Source of the DNA: an uncultured Candidatus Rokubacteria bacterium
GTDB lineage: Bacteria > Methylomirabilota > Methylomirabilia > Rokubacteriales > CSP1-6
Length of the DNA stretch: 20,109 nucleotides
Direction: 5' to 3'
NCBI GenBank assembly: GCA_963747235.1
Contig: CAVVEU010000036.1
Span: forward strand, 1-20,109
Below the pieces are notes generated by a model, which saw only the letters and a program-made list of their open reading frames with translations, was not told the origin of the DNA and ran no database searches. The stretch's first letter is position 1. The number at the start of each line of letters is the position of its first letter. This document shows, one piece after another, positions 1-8,175 of this stretch. Both the position numbers and the translations under genes were made by a program.

Positions 1-60
1 GGGCCGGGATCGGCGGGGCTCATCGCGCGTCATGCTACCAGACGGCTGCTCCAGCCGGGG

Positions 61-69
61 TGGTAGAAT
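61..69 (+). promoter_or_regulatory. Putative extended -10 promoter (TGG-TAGAAT) for the tRNA
   Basis: TGn-TAGAAT ending 25 nt upstream of the tRNA 5' end, in otherwise GC-rich DNA. Confidence 0.55.
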
Positions 70-94
70 CAACACCGCAACCAGCGACCCACGC

Positions 95-170
95 GCCCCC
101 GTAGCTCAGGTGGATAGAGCGGCAGTTTCCTAAACTGCAAGCCCGTGTTCGAGTCACGGCGGGGGCACCA
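95..170 (+). tRNA. tRNA-Arg (anticodon CCT)
   Basis: Acceptor GCCCCCG/CGGGGGC + A-CCA; D arm TAGCTCAGGTGGATAGAGC; anticodon arm GCAGT-TTCCTAA-ACTGC; T arm CCGTG-TTCGAGT-CACGG; 76 nt. Confidence 0.97.
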
Positions 171-288
171 TTTCCCATCAACTACTTACCCCCGCTCACC
201 CAGGGCCGGTGACGACCGGTCCACTGATCTCACAGTTGCGTCGAAGTGACGGGCGCTGCTCGCCGTCAACCAGGGGAGGAATGCCGCG

Positions 289-654
289 ATGAGGGGTCGG
301 AGGCATCCGTTGACACAGGTGAGGAAGTGGCGCGCCCAGGATCATCATACCGGCATCGGGAAGAGCGGGCCCACCCCGTACACCTATCAGCACGTGGGCT
401 CCCCGCCGGAGAGCGCGGCCGAGGTGTATCGCGTCGAGACGTTCATTCCGTTCCTCGAGATACCGATTCACCGCGACGTGTACTATGTCCCGGCCGCGGA
501 CCTGAACGGGTTCTTCGAGGGCTGGGGTGAGCACGAGACGATCGTTGTTGATATCCGCCCACTGACGACTGCGGCGGCTCTCGAAGAGCTCCGGAGGTTT
601 CAGCTCCAGGCAGAACAGCAACCGACCCCGGGTGCCGATCAGCTCGTCGAGTAG
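289..654 (+). CDS. Hypothetical protein (121 aa)
   Basis: GGGGAGGA RBS 8 nt before ATG; globular-looking composition (aromatic/acidic core) unlike the Arg/Pro/Gly-rich shadow ORFs; no family recognised. Confidence 0.6.
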   Translation: MRGRRHPLTQVRKWRAQDHHTGIGKSGPTPYTYQHVGSPPESAAEVYRVETFIPFLEIPIHRDVYYVPAADLNGFFEGWGEHETIVVDIRPLTTAAALEELRRFQLQAEQQPTPGADQLVE

Positions 655-1877
655 GCTGCTCTCCCCGGTCGCCGCAGCAGCCCGACCGCGATGGCGATGT
701 TCAGCAGGTTCCACAGGATGCCGTTGAGGAACGCGGTCTGGTAGGAGCCGGTCAGGTCGAAGACCATACCGGACATCCAGCCGCCGAGGGCCATGCCGAA
801 CACGGTGGCCATCAGCACGGTGGCCACGCGCACCCCGGCCTCCTCGGGAGGGAAGAACTCCCGGATGATGACCGCGTAGGCCGGCACGATCCCGCCCTGG
901 AAGAGGCCGAAGAGCGCCGAGAGGATGTAGAGCGAGCCGAGGCCGTCGAACGGCAGGAAGAGGATGAGCGCCAGGGCCTGCAGGCTCGAGCCCAGCAGCA
1001 GCGTGCGGCGCCCGCCGATCCGGTCGCAGATCCAGCCAGAGACGAGGCGGCTCACGATGCCGAAGCCCAGCATCAGCGACAGCATCTGCGCGCCCCGCGC
1101 CGCGCCGTGCCCCAGATCGCCCGAGTAGGCGACGATGTGCACCTGCGGCATGGACATCGCGACGCAGCAGCTCAGGCCGGCGATGATCAGCACGGTCTGC
1201 AGCGCGGCGGGCGACATCCCCAGCGGCCGCCGTGCCCACGACGCGACGACGTGCGACGTCGTGGACGTGCGCTGGGTCAGCGGAGCCCGGCGTCGGAGGG
1301 CCAGGGCCAGCGGCACCATGCTCACCACACAGAACACGCCGATGCCCACATAGGTCCGGCGCCAGCCCACGCTCTGGATGAAGTGCTGCACGACCGGCGG
1401 CCAGACCGTCCCCGCGAGATAGCTGCCGCTCGAGATGATCGCCACCGCCATGCCGCGATGCCGCGTGAACCAGAGCGACGTGTCGGCGATGATCGGCGCG
1501 AACGTGGTGGAGCTGGCGACGCCCACCAGCAGACCCTGGGCCAGGGCGAACTGCCAGAGGCTGCTCGCCTGGCTGGCCACGACATACCCGACCCCCAGCG
1601 AGATGGCCCCACCCACGATCGGCACCATGACGCCGAAGCGATCGGAGAAGCGCCCCATCAGGATGCCACCGAGGCCAAAGCAGATCATGGTCAGGGTGTA
1701 GGGCAGGGCGGCGGCGGAGCGCGCAACGCCGAACTCCGCCTGGACCGCCGGCAGGGCCACGATCACCGACCACATGCCGACGCCGCCGATGGCCGACAGC
1801 ACCAGGGCGACACAGAGGCGAGTCCAGGCGTAAGCGGACTCTACGGAGCTCCCGACGTCGGTGGCGGGTTCGGACAT
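639..1877 (-). CDS. MFS transporter (OFA-like)
   Basis: About 12 hydrophobic helices; motif A copies GRFSDRFG and GWICDRIGGRR. Confidence 0.92.
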   Translation of the reverse strand: MSEPATDVGSSVESAYAWTRLCVALVLSAIGGVGMWSVIVALPAVQAEFGVARSAAALPYTLTMICFGLGGILMGRFSDRFGVMVPIVGGAISLGVGYVVASQASSLWQFALAQGLLVGVASSTTFAPIIADTSLWFTRHRGMAVAIISSGSYLAGTVWPPVVQHFIQSVGWRRTYVGIGVFCVVSMVPLALALRRRAPLTQRTSTTSHVVASWARRPLGMSPAALQTVLIIAGLSCCVAMSMPQVHIVAYSGDLGHGAARGAQMLSLMLGFGIVSRLVSGWICDRIGGRRTLLLGSSLQALALILFLPFDGLGSLYILSALFGLFQGGIVPAYAVIIREFFPPEEAGVRVATVLMATVFGMALGGWMSGMVFDLTGSYQTAFLNGILWNLLNIAIAVGLLRRPGRAAYSTS

Positions 1878-1951
1878 GGCGGACGATGTCCAGTATCCAC
1901 GCCAGGCCGCCGTTTGTACTCAGCCAATTCGGGCTCGCGCCGCACCTGCCA

Positions 1952-2254
1952 TCAGCTGGGGATCTTGACCCCTCGCAGGATCTCGCGGTACTCCGGCTCG
2001 GGAAAGGCGCGCATCGTGACGGTCCGCACATTGCCGGACGCGCCCAGCGAGAGCGAGAGGGCGGCCATGGTCGCGTCGTCCGGCAGCGTGAGGACCGCCA
2101 CCGTGTCGTAGGGGCCCATGGTCAGGTAGAAGGCCTCGACGGTCCCGCCGAGCTCGGTGAGCCGCTTCTTCAGGCCATCGAGGCGCCCGGCGGCGCGGTC
2201 GATGGCCCGGATGCCCTGCTCGGTGTAGTTGAACAGCACCATGTAGGTGGGCAT
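1952..2254 (-). CDS. GYD-domain protein
   Basis: 100 aa; YTEQG N-terminal motif and YLTMGPYD (G-x-Y-D) signature; starts 7 nt after the SDR stop. Confidence 0.85.
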   Translation of the reverse strand: MPTYMVLFNYTEQGIRAIDRAAGRLDGLKKRLTELGGTVEAFYLTMGPYDTVAVLTLPDDATMAALSLSLGASGNVRTVTMRAFPEPEYREILRGVKIPS

Positions 2255-2261
2255 GGCCCGC

Positions 2262-3032
2262 TCACACCATCACGTAGCCACCATTGACGTCGATGGTGGC
2301 GCCGGTGATGAAGCTGCCACCATCCGAAGCGAGGAAGCGCACCACCGAGGAGAGATCGGAGGGTTCGGCGAACCGGCCGAGCGGCATGTCGGCCAGGAGC
2401 CGCGCGCGGGCTTCCTCGCTCAGGATCTCGAAGTTGCGCTCGACGCGCGCGGGCCCCGGCGCCACCGTGTTGACCAGGATCTTGTGGGACGCGTATTCCT
2501 TGGCCAGGTGCCGGGTCAGGCCGAGCACGCCGGCCTTGGCCGCGGTGTAGTGGCAGCCGAGCGCCGGGCTCGACGTGCGTCCGGCGTTCGACGAGAAGTT
2601 GATGATCCGCCCGCCGCCAGCCTCCATCATCGGCGGGAGCACGTGCTTGCAGCAGAGGAAGGTGCCCTTGAGGTTGGAGTCCACCACCATGTCCCAGTCG
2701 TCCTCGGTCATTTCGTGGGTCTTGCGCCCGAGGGTGTAGCCGCCGGCCGCGTTCACGAGCACGTCGACCCGCCTGTACGCGCCCATGACCTCCCGCACCA
2801 TCGCGCGCACCGAGGCCTCGTCCCGCACGTCGCACACGACGGGAATGGCCGCGCCGCCCACCGCCAGGATCTCCTTGACCACCGCCTGCGCCCGGTCGGG
2901 CACGAGATCCACCACCGCGACGCGGGCCCCGTCGGCCGCGAAGTCGATGGCGACCTGACGGGCGATGCCGCGTCCGGCCCCGGTGATCGCGACGCTCTTG
3001 CCTTCGAATGGACCAGTCTTCATGGTTGCCAC
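2262..3032 (-). CDS. Short-chain dehydrogenase/reductase (FabG-like, probably NAD-dependent)
   Basis: TGAGRGIA, NAAGG, catalytic S and YTAAK, C-terminal ITGATIDVNGG; Asp at end of beta2 (VVD). Start is GTG 3032 (GGGAG RBS) or ATG 3023 (ATGA overlap with RidA stop). Confidence 0.93.
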   Translation of the reverse strand: MATMKTGPFEGKSVAITGAGRGIARQVAIDFAADGARVAVVDLVPDRAQAVVKEILAVGGAAIPVVCDVRDEASVRAMVREVMGAYRRVDVLVNAAGGYTLGRKTHEMTEDDWDMVVDSNLKGTFLCCKHVLPPMMEAGGGRIINFSSNAGRTSSPALGCHYTAAKAGVLGLTRHLAKEYASHKILVNTVAPGPARVERNFEILSEEARARLLADMPLGRFAEPSDLSSVVRFLASDGGSFITGATIDVNGGYVMV

Positions 3033-3454
3033 GATGTCGTCTCCCTGTGAGAGGTGAGGATGGCGACCGCGTCGATCTCCACCAGGAACGGATGGCCGTC
3101 GCCCTTGAGGGCCGGGGCGAGGCCGGCCACCTGCACGGTGGTGCGGGCCGGGAACTCCGACACGAAGAACTCGGCGTACACCTCGTTCATCGCGCCGTGG
3201 TGAGCGATATCGGTCAGGTAGACCGTGGTCTTGATGACGTCGCGGAGGGCGCCGCCAGCGGCTTCCACGATCGCGCGCACGTTCTCGAGCACCTGCCGCG
3301 TCTGCAAACGGACGTCGCCGGCGCCGACGACGTTGCCCTCGAGGTCGATGGGGAGCTGGCCGGCCACGTAGAGGGTCTGGCCGACCCGCACGCCGTTCGA
3401 GAAGGCCCGCCGGGGCGTGATGACCTTCGGGCTCGTGATGATCTGCCGGGTCAC
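3020..3454 (-). CDS. RidA/YjgF/UK114 family imine deaminase
   Basis: Last 144 aa of the 3020..4423 ORF: LYVAGQLP, QTRQVLEN, MNEVY, FPARTT (conserved Arg), LVEIDAVA; GTG at 3454 with GGAGA RBS. Confidence 0.92.
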   Translation of the reverse strand: MTRQIITSPKVITPRRAFSNGVRVGQTLYVAGQLPIDLEGNVVGAGDVRLQTRQVLENVRAIVEAAGGALRDVIKTTVYLTDIAHHGAMNEVYAEFFVSEFPARTTVQVAGLAPALKGDGHPFLVEIDAVAILTSHRETTSWQP

Positions 3455-3474
3455 GGGCCGGTCTCCGGACGCGC

Positions 3475-4764
3475 TCAAAAGCCGAACAGGCGCGGGACAG
3501 CCAGCGGCATCGCCGGCCACATGGCGGTCAGCACCGTCACGCCGAGCACCGCGGCCACGAAGACCCAGACCTCGCGGTTGGCCTCCTCCATCGGGGCCTT
3601 CACGATGGAGGACACGACGTAGAGGCTCAGCGCCACCGGCGGCGTGAGCAGCGCGGTCTGCACGGTCATCACCACGATGAGGCCCAGGTGGTGCGGGTCG
3701 ATCTTGTAGGCGATCGCGGCCGGGGCCAGCACCGGGATCAGCATGATCATGATGGGGACGGCCTCGAGCGCGGTCCCCAGGGCAAACAGCACCACGATCG
3801 TGACCATCAGGAAGACGTACGGGGAGGTGGTGAGGTCCAGCGACCAGCGCGCCACCGTCTGCGGCACCTGGTTGCGCACCAGGATCCAGGACACCACGTT
3901 CGACGTGCCGAGCAGCAGGTAGACGATCGCGCTCGTCTTGGCCCCGGTCATGAGGCTCGCGAGGAGATCGCGCGGGCCGAGCGTGCGCAGCACGAACACG
4001 CCCACCAGGATCCCGTAGAGCGCCGCCACCGCCCCCGCCTCGGTGGGCGTGAAGACGCCGCCCAGGATGCCGCCGATGATGATCACCGGCACCGCCAGGC
4101 CGAGCAGGGCCCCGCGCAGCGTGCGCAGCACCAGGCGCGGGGAGAACCGGGTACCGCTCACCGGGTACTGCCGGCGCCAGGAGATGATCCCGACCAGGAG
4201 CATCAGGCTCACGCCGACCAGCACGCCGGGCAGCACCCCCATGAGAAAGAGCTTGCCGACCGAGATACCGCCGCCGTACACGTAGGCGAACACGAGCATG
4301 GCCACGCTCGGGGGGATGATCGGGCCCATCACCGCGCCGCCCGCGATCACCGCCGAGGTGAACCCGCCCGGATAGCCCTGGCGGACCATGCTCGGCCCCA
4401 CCATCGCCCCGATGGCCGCGCACTCGGCCAGCGCGACGCCGGTCACGCCGGCGAACAGCATGCTGGTGAGGATGACCACGTAGGCCAGGCCGCCCCGCAG
4501 GTGGCCGACCAGGCTGTTGGCGAAGTCCATCAGCTTGGGGAGCACGCCGCAGCGCTGCATCACGTCGCCCGCGATCACGAAGAAGGGAATGGCCAGGAGC
4601 GGGAACGAGTCCATGCCCGCGAACATCAGGGTGGGCAGCACCGCGATGGGGACGACCCCCGACAGGACCATGAAGGCAAGGCCGCCCAGCCCCAGGCAGA
4701 AGGCGATCGGCACGCCCAGGAACATGGTGAGCGCGAACACGGCGACGAGCACGCCGATCAGCAT
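3475..4764 (-). CDS. dctM: TRAP transporter large permease
   Basis: LLAIPFF, GHLRGGLAYV, GPIIPPS, GVFTPTEAG, LLTPPV motifs; 429 aa hydrophobic. Confidence 0.95.
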   Translation of the reverse strand: MLIGVLVAVFALTMFLGVPIAFCLGLGGLAFMVLSGVVPIAVLPTLMFAGMDSFPLLAIPFFVIAGDVMQRCGVLPKLMDFANSLVGHLRGGLAYVVILTSMLFAGVTGVALAECAAIGAMVGPSMVRQGYPGGFTSAVIAGGAVMGPIIPPSVAMLVFAYVYGGGISVGKLFLMGVLPGVLVGVSLMLLVGIISWRRQYPVSGTRFSPRLVLRTLRGALLGLAVPVIIIGGILGGVFTPTEAGAVAALYGILVGVFVLRTLGPRDLLASLMTGAKTSAIVYLLLGTSNVVSWILVRNQVPQTVARWSLDLTTSPYVFLMVTIVVLFALGTALEAVPIMIMLIPVLAPAAIAYKIDPHHLGLIVVMTVQTALLTPPVALSLYVVSSIVKAPMEEANREVWVFVAAVLGVTVLTAMWPAMPLAVPRLFGF

Positions 4765-4770
4765 CGCGGA

Positions 4771-5253
4771 TCAGAGCTCGGCGGCCGGCGGGGTCTGGGG
4801 CACCGGGTCGTCGAAGCCGAGCAGCCGGGCCACGATGACGAAGGCCATGAGGCCGGACCCGACCGGGATGGCCAGATAGAACCAGAAAATCGGGATGTTG
4901 ATGGTGGTCAGGTACTGATCCAGTTGACCCGGTAGCGTCTGGAGGCCGGCCCAGGTGAGCGTGAGCAGAAAGACAAGAGACAGGAGATCGGCGACGACGG
5001 CGATCACCCGCCGGCCGAGGGGCCCGAACCAGCCTCCGAGCCCCTCGGCGGCGATGTGACCGCGCTCGCGCATCAGCAGCACCGAGCCGAGAAACGCGAT
5101 CCAGACCATCAGATACCGCGACAGCTCCTCGGTCACGACCAGGGTCTCCCCCAGGGTGTACCTGAGGATGACCTCGGTCATGATGACCACCGAGACGACC
5201 GCCATGGCCGCCATGACGGCCACCTCGATCGCGCGGACCAGGCTGCGCGGCAT
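4771..5253 (-). CDS. dctQ: TRAP transporter small permease
   Basis: 4 TM segments, EELSRYLMVW motif, HI motif; lies between dctP and dctM. Confidence 0.92.
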   Translation of the reverse strand: MPRSLVRAIEVAVMAAMAVVSVVIMTEVILRYTLGETLVVTEELSRYLMVWIAFLGSVLLMRERGHIAAEGLGGWFGPLGRRVIAVVADLLSLVFLLTLTWAGLQTLPGQLDQYLTTINIPIFWFYLAIPVGSGLMAFVIVARLLGFDDPVPQTPPAAEL

Positions 5254-5263
5254 CGTGCCCCCG

Positions 5264-6265
5264 CTACTTGTTGAGACCGACGCCCATGTCGACGAGCTGC
5301 TTGCCCTTGGGCCCGAGGTCCGGGATCGCCTCGGTGTAGATCCGCTGGGCGACCTTCCGGAATTCCGCCAGGGTCGGCTCCGCCACCGTGTTGACCCGCA
5401 TGCCGGTGGCCGAGAGCTTCTTCAAAATTTCCTCGTTGTCGCGCTGGCTCTCCGCCCGCTCCCACGCCGCCGTCTGCCGGGCCGCGGTCATGATGGCGGT
5501 CTGCACGTCCGCGGGCAGCTTGCCCCAGCTCGCCGCGCTCATCAGGACATTGCCCGCCTCGTTCACGTGCTGGGTCAGCGAGTAGTACTTCTGCACCTCG
5601 GGCAGCTTCTCGAAGAACACGATGCCGGGCGGGTTCTCCTGTCCGTCCACGACCCCCTGCTGGAGCGCGGGGTACACCTCGGCCCAGTCCATTGGCACCG
5701 GCGAGACGCCGAGCGCGCGGAAGAAGGCGATGTGAACCTTGGTCGGCAGGGTCCGCAGCTTGAGGCCCTTGAGGTCCTCCGGAGCGTTGATCGGGCGCTT
5801 GTTGTTCGACACGTTGCGGAAGCCGTTATCCCACCAGCCCACGACCTTGAAGCCCTTGTCCAGGAGCAGCGGCTCGATGATCTGGCCCATCTGGCCGTCG
5901 AGGGCCCGGAACATCGTGTCGGTGTCCTTCCACAGGTACGGCAGCACCAGGGTGCCCATCTCGGGCACGAACCGGGAGAGGTGGGCAACACCGCACAGGA
6001 CGAAATCCACCGTGCCCAGGCGGACCATCTCGAGGCTCTCGCGGGTGGCGCCCAGCGAGTTGGAGTGGTAGATCTGCACCTCGACCTGGCCGCGCGTGCC
6101 CTCGGCCACGAGCTGCTTGAACTTCTCCGCCCCGCGGCCCCACGCGTGCTCCTTCGAGTTCGGTGAAGAGAACCGCAGCACGTACTTGGGCTGCTGCGCG
6201 AGCGCGTCGCCCGCGAGCGCCACAACAAGAAGGAGAGCCACCAACATCCAGGTGCGTCGCATCAT
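5264..6265 (-). CDS. dctP: TRAP transporter solute-binding protein
   Basis: Signal peptide MMRRTWMLVALLLVVALAGDALA; DNGFRN, DLKGLKLR, EVYPALQQGVVDGQENP; GGAGG RBS; start at 6265 or 6262. Confidence 0.95.
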   Translation of the reverse strand: MMRRTWMLVALLLVVALAGDALAQQPKYVLRFSSPNSKEHAWGRGAEKFKQLVAEGTRGQVEVQIYHSNSLGATRESLEMVRLGTVDFVLCGVAHLSRFVPEMGTLVLPYLWKDTDTMFRALDGQMGQIIEPLLLDKGFKVVGWWDNGFRNVSNNKRPINAPEDLKGLKLRTLPTKVHIAFFRALGVSPVPMDWAEVYPALQQGVVDGQENPPGIVFFEKLPEVQKYYSLTQHVNEAGNVLMSAASWGKLPADVQTAIMTAARQTAAWERAESQRDNEEILKKLSATGMRVNTVAEPTLAEFRKVAQRIYTEAIPDLGPKGKQLVDMGVGLNK

Positions 6266-7299
6266 CTGCCTCCAGTGGGAATGCTGGGTGATACAGCCAG
6301 GCAACGCGGCATGACTTCCGTGCTCCAGCGCTCGATGAAGCGCCGTGGATCCGGCGTGATCGCGGTGAGCAGCAGCCGGTCGGCGCCCGCCCGGCACGCG
6401 CGCTCGACCTGGGCCACGCAGTCGTCGGGCGTGCCCGCGATGGCGAAACGCTCGGCCAGGTACGCGGTGACTTCCGCGCGGTCGCTCAGGCGACCGTTCG
6501 CGGCTGCGTCCAGGGCGGCATGGGCCAGGGAATCGTAGCCGCGCTGGATCTCCGCGATGGCGGGCCGCAGCGCGTCCGGCGGGGCGACCGCCCGGAACAC
6601 GCGGTTGCCGCTCGACACCAGCGTGCCCTTGATCTCCGCGATCGCGGTGTCCCGGGAGTCGGCGACATTGGCCTTGACCAGCCACCAGGTGTCGATCGAC
6701 TCCGGATCGCGGTCCGCGGCGCGCGCGCCCACCACGATCTCGGCCCGGCTCGAGGCGACCTCGGACGCGGTGAGGCCGCTGCCGATGAACGCGCCATCCG
6801 CCACGCGGCCGGCAAGCTGGTGCGCGCGCGGGCCGTCGGCGGCCAGGTAGAGGGGCACGCGACGGGCGACGCCCTTGATCTGCGCGGGCCGCCCGTCGCG
6901 GACCACGCGGCGGCCCGCGGTGAGCGCCTGGAGATCCAGGGCGGTGCGCTCGAGCTCGGCCAGCCGGGCCGGCCGCAGGCCGAGCGTGAAGACCGCGCTG
7001 TCGCCGGCGCCCAGGCCCAGGAAGGCACGCCCGCCGGACAGGCGGTCCAGGCTCGCCATGGCATTGGCGGTGACGACGGGATGGCGCGTGATCGGGTTGG
7101 TGACGGCGGGGCCCAGCCGGATGCGCGAGGTGTGCTGGGCGGCGACCGCGAGGGCCACGTACACGTCGGCGCTCACGCTCTGGGAGTCCACGATGCCGAG
7201 CATCTCGAAGCCGGCGCGCTCGGCCAGGGCGGCCAGCTCCGGACACCGGTCGATGTCGTCCACCAGCAGCACCAGCGCGAAGCGAGGCGCGCGCGTCAC
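6262..7299 (-). CDS. LLM class flavin/F420-dependent oxidoreductase (Mer-like)
   Basis: AERAGFE, DSQ, TSRIRLGPAVTNPITRHP, LDRLSGGRAFLGLGAGDS, AGRVADG; 4-nt overlaps with both neighbours. Confidence 0.9.
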   Translation of the reverse strand: MTRAPRFALVLLVDDIDRCPELAALAERAGFEMLGIVDSQSVSADVYVALAVAAQHTSRIRLGPAVTNPITRHPVVTANAMASLDRLSGGRAFLGLGAGDSAVFTLGLRPARLAELERTALDLQALTAGRRVVRDGRPAQIKGVARRVPLYLAADGPRAHQLAGRVADGAFIGSGLTASEVASSRAEIVVGARAADRDPESIDTWWLVKANVADSRDTAIAEIKGTLVSSGNRVFRAVAPPDALRPAIAEIQRGYDSLAHAALDAAANGRLSDRAEVTAYLAERFAIAGTPDDCVAQVERACRAGADRLLLTAITPDPRRFIERWSTEVMPRCLAVSPSIPTGGR

Positions 7300-8069
7300 G
7301 GCGCTTCCGGGCCGGACAAGTGCTGCTCGAGCGTCATGGTGAACCGCTCGGTCGCGATCAGGATCAGGGAGTAGTGCAGCGGCGCGTCCCCGGGGCCGAG
7401 GAGGGCCCGACGCACGTCGAGGAGCGGATAGCCAAGACCCACCTCGAGCGTCTGGGCCGCCCAGCTATCGGCCAGACAGGCCCGGATCTCGTCGCGCATC
7501 CCGGTCGCCTGGATCCCGGCCGTGGTGAGCAGGATGTCCTGGAGCAGACGGCGCTGGAGATCCCGCCGCCGCACGCGCGCCCCGACCTCGAGGGGCATGA
7601 ACGCGCGAACGTGGGCGATCGGGCCGTCCGCGCCCACCAGCCGCCGCTCGTTGTAGGCCACGAGGCTGTCCGCGGCCAGTCCGAGGATCGCGCAGATCTC
7701 CTCGCTGCCCCGGCGCCGGTCGTGCGCGACGATCTCCACGCGCCGGACGTGCCGCATCGAGAACAGGCTCTCGAAGGAGCCCGCCGGCGGTGCGGGGGCC
7801 CGCTCGCGGCCCGACAGCACGAAGGTCCCGCCCCGGCGGCCGCGCGCCCGCCGCACCGAGCCCTCGCGCCGCATGCTGTCGAGCGCCTGCCGCACGGTGA
7901 CCCGGCTGACGCCGTAGAGCTCGGCAAGGCGGCGCTCGCTGGGCAACCGGCTGCCCGGCGGGTGCGCGAGGGACTCGATCCCCCGGCTGAGCAAGGTCTT
8001 CAGCCGGAAGTAGAGCGGCGTGGGGTCTGCACTATCTGTCTGAAGCCGGGCCGGCGCCGAGAGGAGCAT
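7296..8069 (-). CDS. GntR family transcriptional regulator (HutC type, UTRA C-terminal domain)
   Basis: PLYFRLK, RLPSERRLAELYGVSRVTVRQAL, RGGTFV; start moved from 8150 to ATG 8069 because a promoter lies at 8085-8113. Confidence 0.88.
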   Translation of the reverse strand: MLLSAPARLQTDSADPTPLYFRLKTLLSRGIESLAHPPGSRLPSERRLAELYGVSRVTVRQALDSMRREGSVRRARGRRGGTFVLSGRERAPAPPAGSFESLFSMRHVRRVEIVAHDRRRGSEEICAILGLAADSLVAYNERRLVGADGPIAHVRAFMPLEVGARVRRRDLQRRLLQDILLTTAGIQATGMRDEIRACLADSWAAQTLEVGLGYPLLDVRRALLGPGDAPLHYSLILIATERFTMTLEQHLSGPEAP

Positions 8070-8073
8070 CGTG

Positions 8074-8096
8074 AATGGCTTATGCTTATAACCATT
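8074..8096. promoter_or_regulatory. Putative GntR operator (imperfect inverted repeat)
   Basis: AATGG(C)TTAT-GCTT-ATAACCATT overlapping the -10 and expected transcription start. Confidence 0.55.
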
Positions 8097-8113
8097 AGTC
8101 CAAAGGCTGTCAA
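8085..8113 (-). promoter_or_regulatory. Sigma70-type promoter of the GntR-TRAP operon
   Basis: TTGACA (8113-8108), 17-nt spacer, TATAAG (8090-8085) on the minus strand, in the most AT-rich patch of the window. Confidence 0.8.
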
Positions 8114-8175
8114 GGACGCCCGCCTGCATCTCGGGGGCAAGAGCGGTCATCCAAAGGGGTCAAAGGAGACCGCTC

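Noticed and set aside
219-234. Possible CRP/FNR site ending in TCACA
   Set aside because: Only one half-site; the other half (GTCCA) does not match
310-315. TTGACA at 310 (plus) and at 11058-11053 (minus)
   Set aside because: No -10 hexamer at 16-18 nt spacing
196-2031. 611-aa minus-strand ORF and the many other long Arg/Gly/Pro-rich ORFs (e.g. 16784..18679, 16489..18246, 8357..9670)
   Set aside because: Off-frame or antisense shadows of clear genes; expected in high-GC DNA; no motifs
3020-4423. 467-aa ORF as one protein
   Set aside because: Only 3020-3454 (RidA) is real; the upstream part is an alternative frame of dctM
5264-7246. 660-aa extended DctP
   Set aside because: Signal peptide and RBS place the start at 6265/6262; the rest overlaps the LLM gene out of frame
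8070-8150. N-terminal extension of the GntR regulator
   Set aside because: Contains the consensus promoter and palindrome, so it is likely non-coding
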